Assembly (NCBI GenBank): GCA_030390025.1
Contig: CM059433.1
Span: 12,898,001-12,962,000, forward strand
DNA from: Squalus acanthias
Lineage: Eukaryota
Length of the DNA: 64,000 bases
Direction: 5' to 3'
Position 1 is the stretch's first letter, and the number at the start of each line of letters is the position of its first letter. The position numbers and the translations under genes are program-made. This document shows, piece by piece, positions 60,930 through 64,000 of this stretch. Below the pieces are notes generated by a model that was not told where the DNA came from, searched no databases, and worked only from the letters and a program-made list of their open reading frames with translations.

Positions 60930-63345
60930 TTAGTATTTGTTTAATTTCTCTGCCATTTCCTTATTCCCCATTATAATTTTTCCTGTCTCAGTCTGTAAGG
61001 GACCCACATTCACTTTCGCTGATCTTTTCCTTTTTACATACCTATAGAAGCTTTTACAGTCTGTTTTTATGTCTCTCGCTAGTTTACTCTCATTTTATTT
61101 TCCCTTTCTTTCTCAATTTCTTGGTCCTCCTTTGCTGAATTCTAAAATCCTCCCAATCCTTAGGCTTACTACTCTTTTTGGCAACATTATAAGCCTCTTC
61201 CTTTGATCTAATACTATCTTTAACTTCTCTTGTTAACCACGGTTGGACCACTTTTCCTGTGGAGTTTTTGTGCCTTCAAGGAATGTATATTTGTTGTAAA
61301 TTATGTAGTAATTCTTTAATTGCTTCTCTACCATCATACCTTTTAATGTAGCTTCCCAATCTACTATAGCCTACTCGCCCCTCATACATATGTAGTTTGC
61401 TTTGTTTAGATTTAAGACCCTAGTTTCGGATTTAACTAAATCACTTTCAAACTCAATATAAAATTCTATCATATTATGGTCACTCTTCCCTAAAGGCCCC
61501 TTTACTACAAAGTTTTTAATTAAGCCTTTCTCATTGCTCATTACCAGATCTAAAATAGACTGTTTCCTAGTTGGTTCCGCAACATACTGATCTAGAAAAC
61601 TATCTTGAATGCATTTCATGAACTCGTCCTCCACACTATTACTGCAAATTTGATTTGCCCAGTCTATATGTAGATTAAAGTCCCCCATGATCACTGTATT
61701 ACCCTTGTTACATGTGCCTCTAATTTCCTGATTTATACTCTGCTCTACATTACAACTATTGTTTGGGGGCCTATAAACAACTCCCACCAATGTTTTCTGC
61801 CACTTGCTGTTTCTTAGCTCGACCCAAACTGATTCTACTTCTTGATTTTTGGAGCCAAGATCCTTTCTCTCTACTGTCTTTATCCCATCCTTTATTATCA
61901 GGGCTACCCTTCCTCCTTTTCCATTTTGCCTATCTCTTCTAAAAGTTAAGTATTCTGGAATATTTAGTTCCCAACCTTGGCCACTTTGCAACCACGTCTC
62001 CGTAATGGCTATTAGATCAAACCTGTTAATTTCTATCTGCGCTATTAATTCATCTATTTTGTTGCGAATGCTTCACGCATTCAGATATAGTGCCTTTAGC
62101 TTTGACTTATTTCTATTTTTCCCTGATGTCACCTTAGTCACTGATGACTTATTACCTTTGTTACTCTCTCTGTCCCTTCCTGACCCACTCTGCTTGTATT
62201 TACCCAAAACTCTACTCTGCTCTGGAGCCTTGACATTTCTCTCGCTGCTTTTAATTTACTCTTTCCTGAATCCAAGTTCTTCTCCAGCCGCGAGGAGATG
62301 TCTTTAACTCTGGCACCAGGCAGGCAACACAACCTTCGGAACTCTCAGTTGCGGCAACAGAGAACAGTATTTATCCCCCTGAATATACTGCCCCTACCAC
62401 AACTACATTCCCTTTCACTCTCCCCACTTGAACGGTCTCCTGCATCATGGTGCCATGGTCAGCTTGCTCATCCATCCTGCAGGCTTTTCCCTCATCCACA
62501 CAGGCAGCAAGAACCTCATACCTGTTGGACAAGGGCCAAGGCTGAGGCTCCTCCAGCACTGCACCTGGGGTCCCCTTACCTGCCTGAGTTGCAGTCACTC
62601 CCTCCTGTCCCTGACCACTAAACAGACCTCTACCACTACCTAACCTAAAGGGTGTGACTGCCTCCTGGATCAAAGTGTCCAGGTAACTCTCCCCATCCCT
62701 GATGCCCCGCAATATCTGCACCTCAGACTCCAGCTCAAAACCTCTGAGCTGAAGTTCCTCAAGATGCAGGCACTTACTGCAAACGTGGTTGTCCGGGATC
62801 ACAATGCTCTTCACAAACTCCCACATGCTACTGTTGCGGTCAAAATGGATTTCCTGACCTTGGAATAATAGTAGATTTTGTTATCAATTGTGACGGATCT
62901 CTACGGGCTGTTTTTCTACTACTTCAAATATCTATAAAACAATGTTATTCTAAATGAATTTGTGTTGCACAATAATTTAATAATAAAACAGAATTATATC
63001 ATCTGTTCGAAGCAAGTTGTGCATTTATGATTTAAAGCAAAATTTGAAAGCTGAAGTAGCAGTGCGACATACTGGAGCTCCAGTGGTCTGCCCAGTGTAA
63101 TAATAGGATTTCTCCACGTGGTCCCTTTGAGATTTTATCGCTTGGAAGGGGTGATTTCTGATCTCAACCATGCTGCCACAGAGAGACCAAGCAAAGGTTA
63201 GATGTGTCTCCATATGGAGGAAAGAAGCAAAAGAGGAAAACTCAGATAGTCAGCCCAGCCTGTCTTTGTGCACCTCTTTTCAGCTAGCACTGCAGAGGCC
63301 TAGTAGTGACTTTCGAGCCATACTCTCACCTTGGCAGGAATCACG

Positions 63346-63845
63346 GCAGAGAAGGTTCACTCGGTTGATTCCTGAGTTGAAAGGGTTGTCTTATGAGGAA
63401 AGGTTGAGCAGGTTGGGCCTATACTCATTGGCGTTTAGAAGAATGAGAGGTGATCTTATTGAAACACATATAAGATTCTGAGGGGCTTGACAGGGTAGAT
63501 GCTGAGAGGATGTTTCCCCTCGTCAGGGAATCTAGAACGAGGGGGCATAGTTTCAGAATAAGGGCTCACCCATTTAAGACGGAGATGAGGAGGAATTTCT
63601 TCTCTCAGAGGGTCATGAATCTTTGGAATTCTTTACCCCCAGAGAGCTGTGGAGGCGGAGTCATTGAATATATTCAAGGCAGAGATAGACAGATTTTTGA
63701 GCAACAGGGGAGTCAAGGGTTATGGGGAGTAGGCGGGAAAGTGGAGTTGAGGCCAAAATCAGATCAGCCACGATCTCATTAAATGGCGGAGCAGGCGCGA
63801 GGGGCCGAATGGCCTGCTCCTGCTCCTATTTAGTATCTTCTTATG
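63346..63845 (+). mobile_element. CR1 3' fragment
   Basis: QRRFTRLIP..LSYEERLSRLGLY..MFPLVRESRTRGH plus tail. Confidence 0.92.
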
Positions 63846-64000
63846 TGGACACTTAAAGATGGGAAAAGGAGAAATAATAACAACAACTAAAACTGAAACA
63901 ATCCATTCCTTAGCATTTTTTGGATTTTATGAAAATATTGAACTCCTAAAAAGTTGTGTTTGAAAGATATGCCATTATAGAATAATAGGACACACAAAAA

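Larger units (their letters stand above)
57368..62830 (-). mobile_element. Near full-length, disrupted CR1 LINE (ORF1 zinc finger/esterase remnant, ORF2 endonuclease and RT)
   Basis: ORF1: HVCSKC..VVVVG..CCLPGARVKDI. Endonuclease: [45 protein letters not shown]. Tail at 57368. Interrupted at 58648-60060 and 60107-60929. Confidence 0.92.

Overview
Eukaryotic, repeat-rich vertebrate DNA. The CR1, L2, RTE and Penelope families and the Deu-type SINEs suggest a cartilaginous fish (inference, not verified). The window lies inside the neuronal C2HC zinc-finger gene MYT1L on the + strand. Five coding exons are visible (6838-7086, 40710-40834, 41193-41255, 41895-41963, 43892-43954), with a ~33.6 kb intron after the first; the flanking exons lie outside the window. 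The introns contain CR1, L2 and RTE LINEs, tRNA-derived SINEs, fossil PIF/Harbinger transposons, nested Harbinger-type MITEs with 3-bp TSDs, and Penelope-like (GIY-YIG) retroelements. The most striking signal is a set of short, non-coding, TSD-flanked fold-back insertions (11963-12179, 56117-56498, and a one-armed copy at 52471-52583). They carry minimal type I hammerhead ribozyme motifs on both strands, with a compensatory change in stem I. A second Penelope family carries a different hammerhead (intact sense copy at 30724-30760). Coordinates were read by eye; repeat boundaries are approximate.
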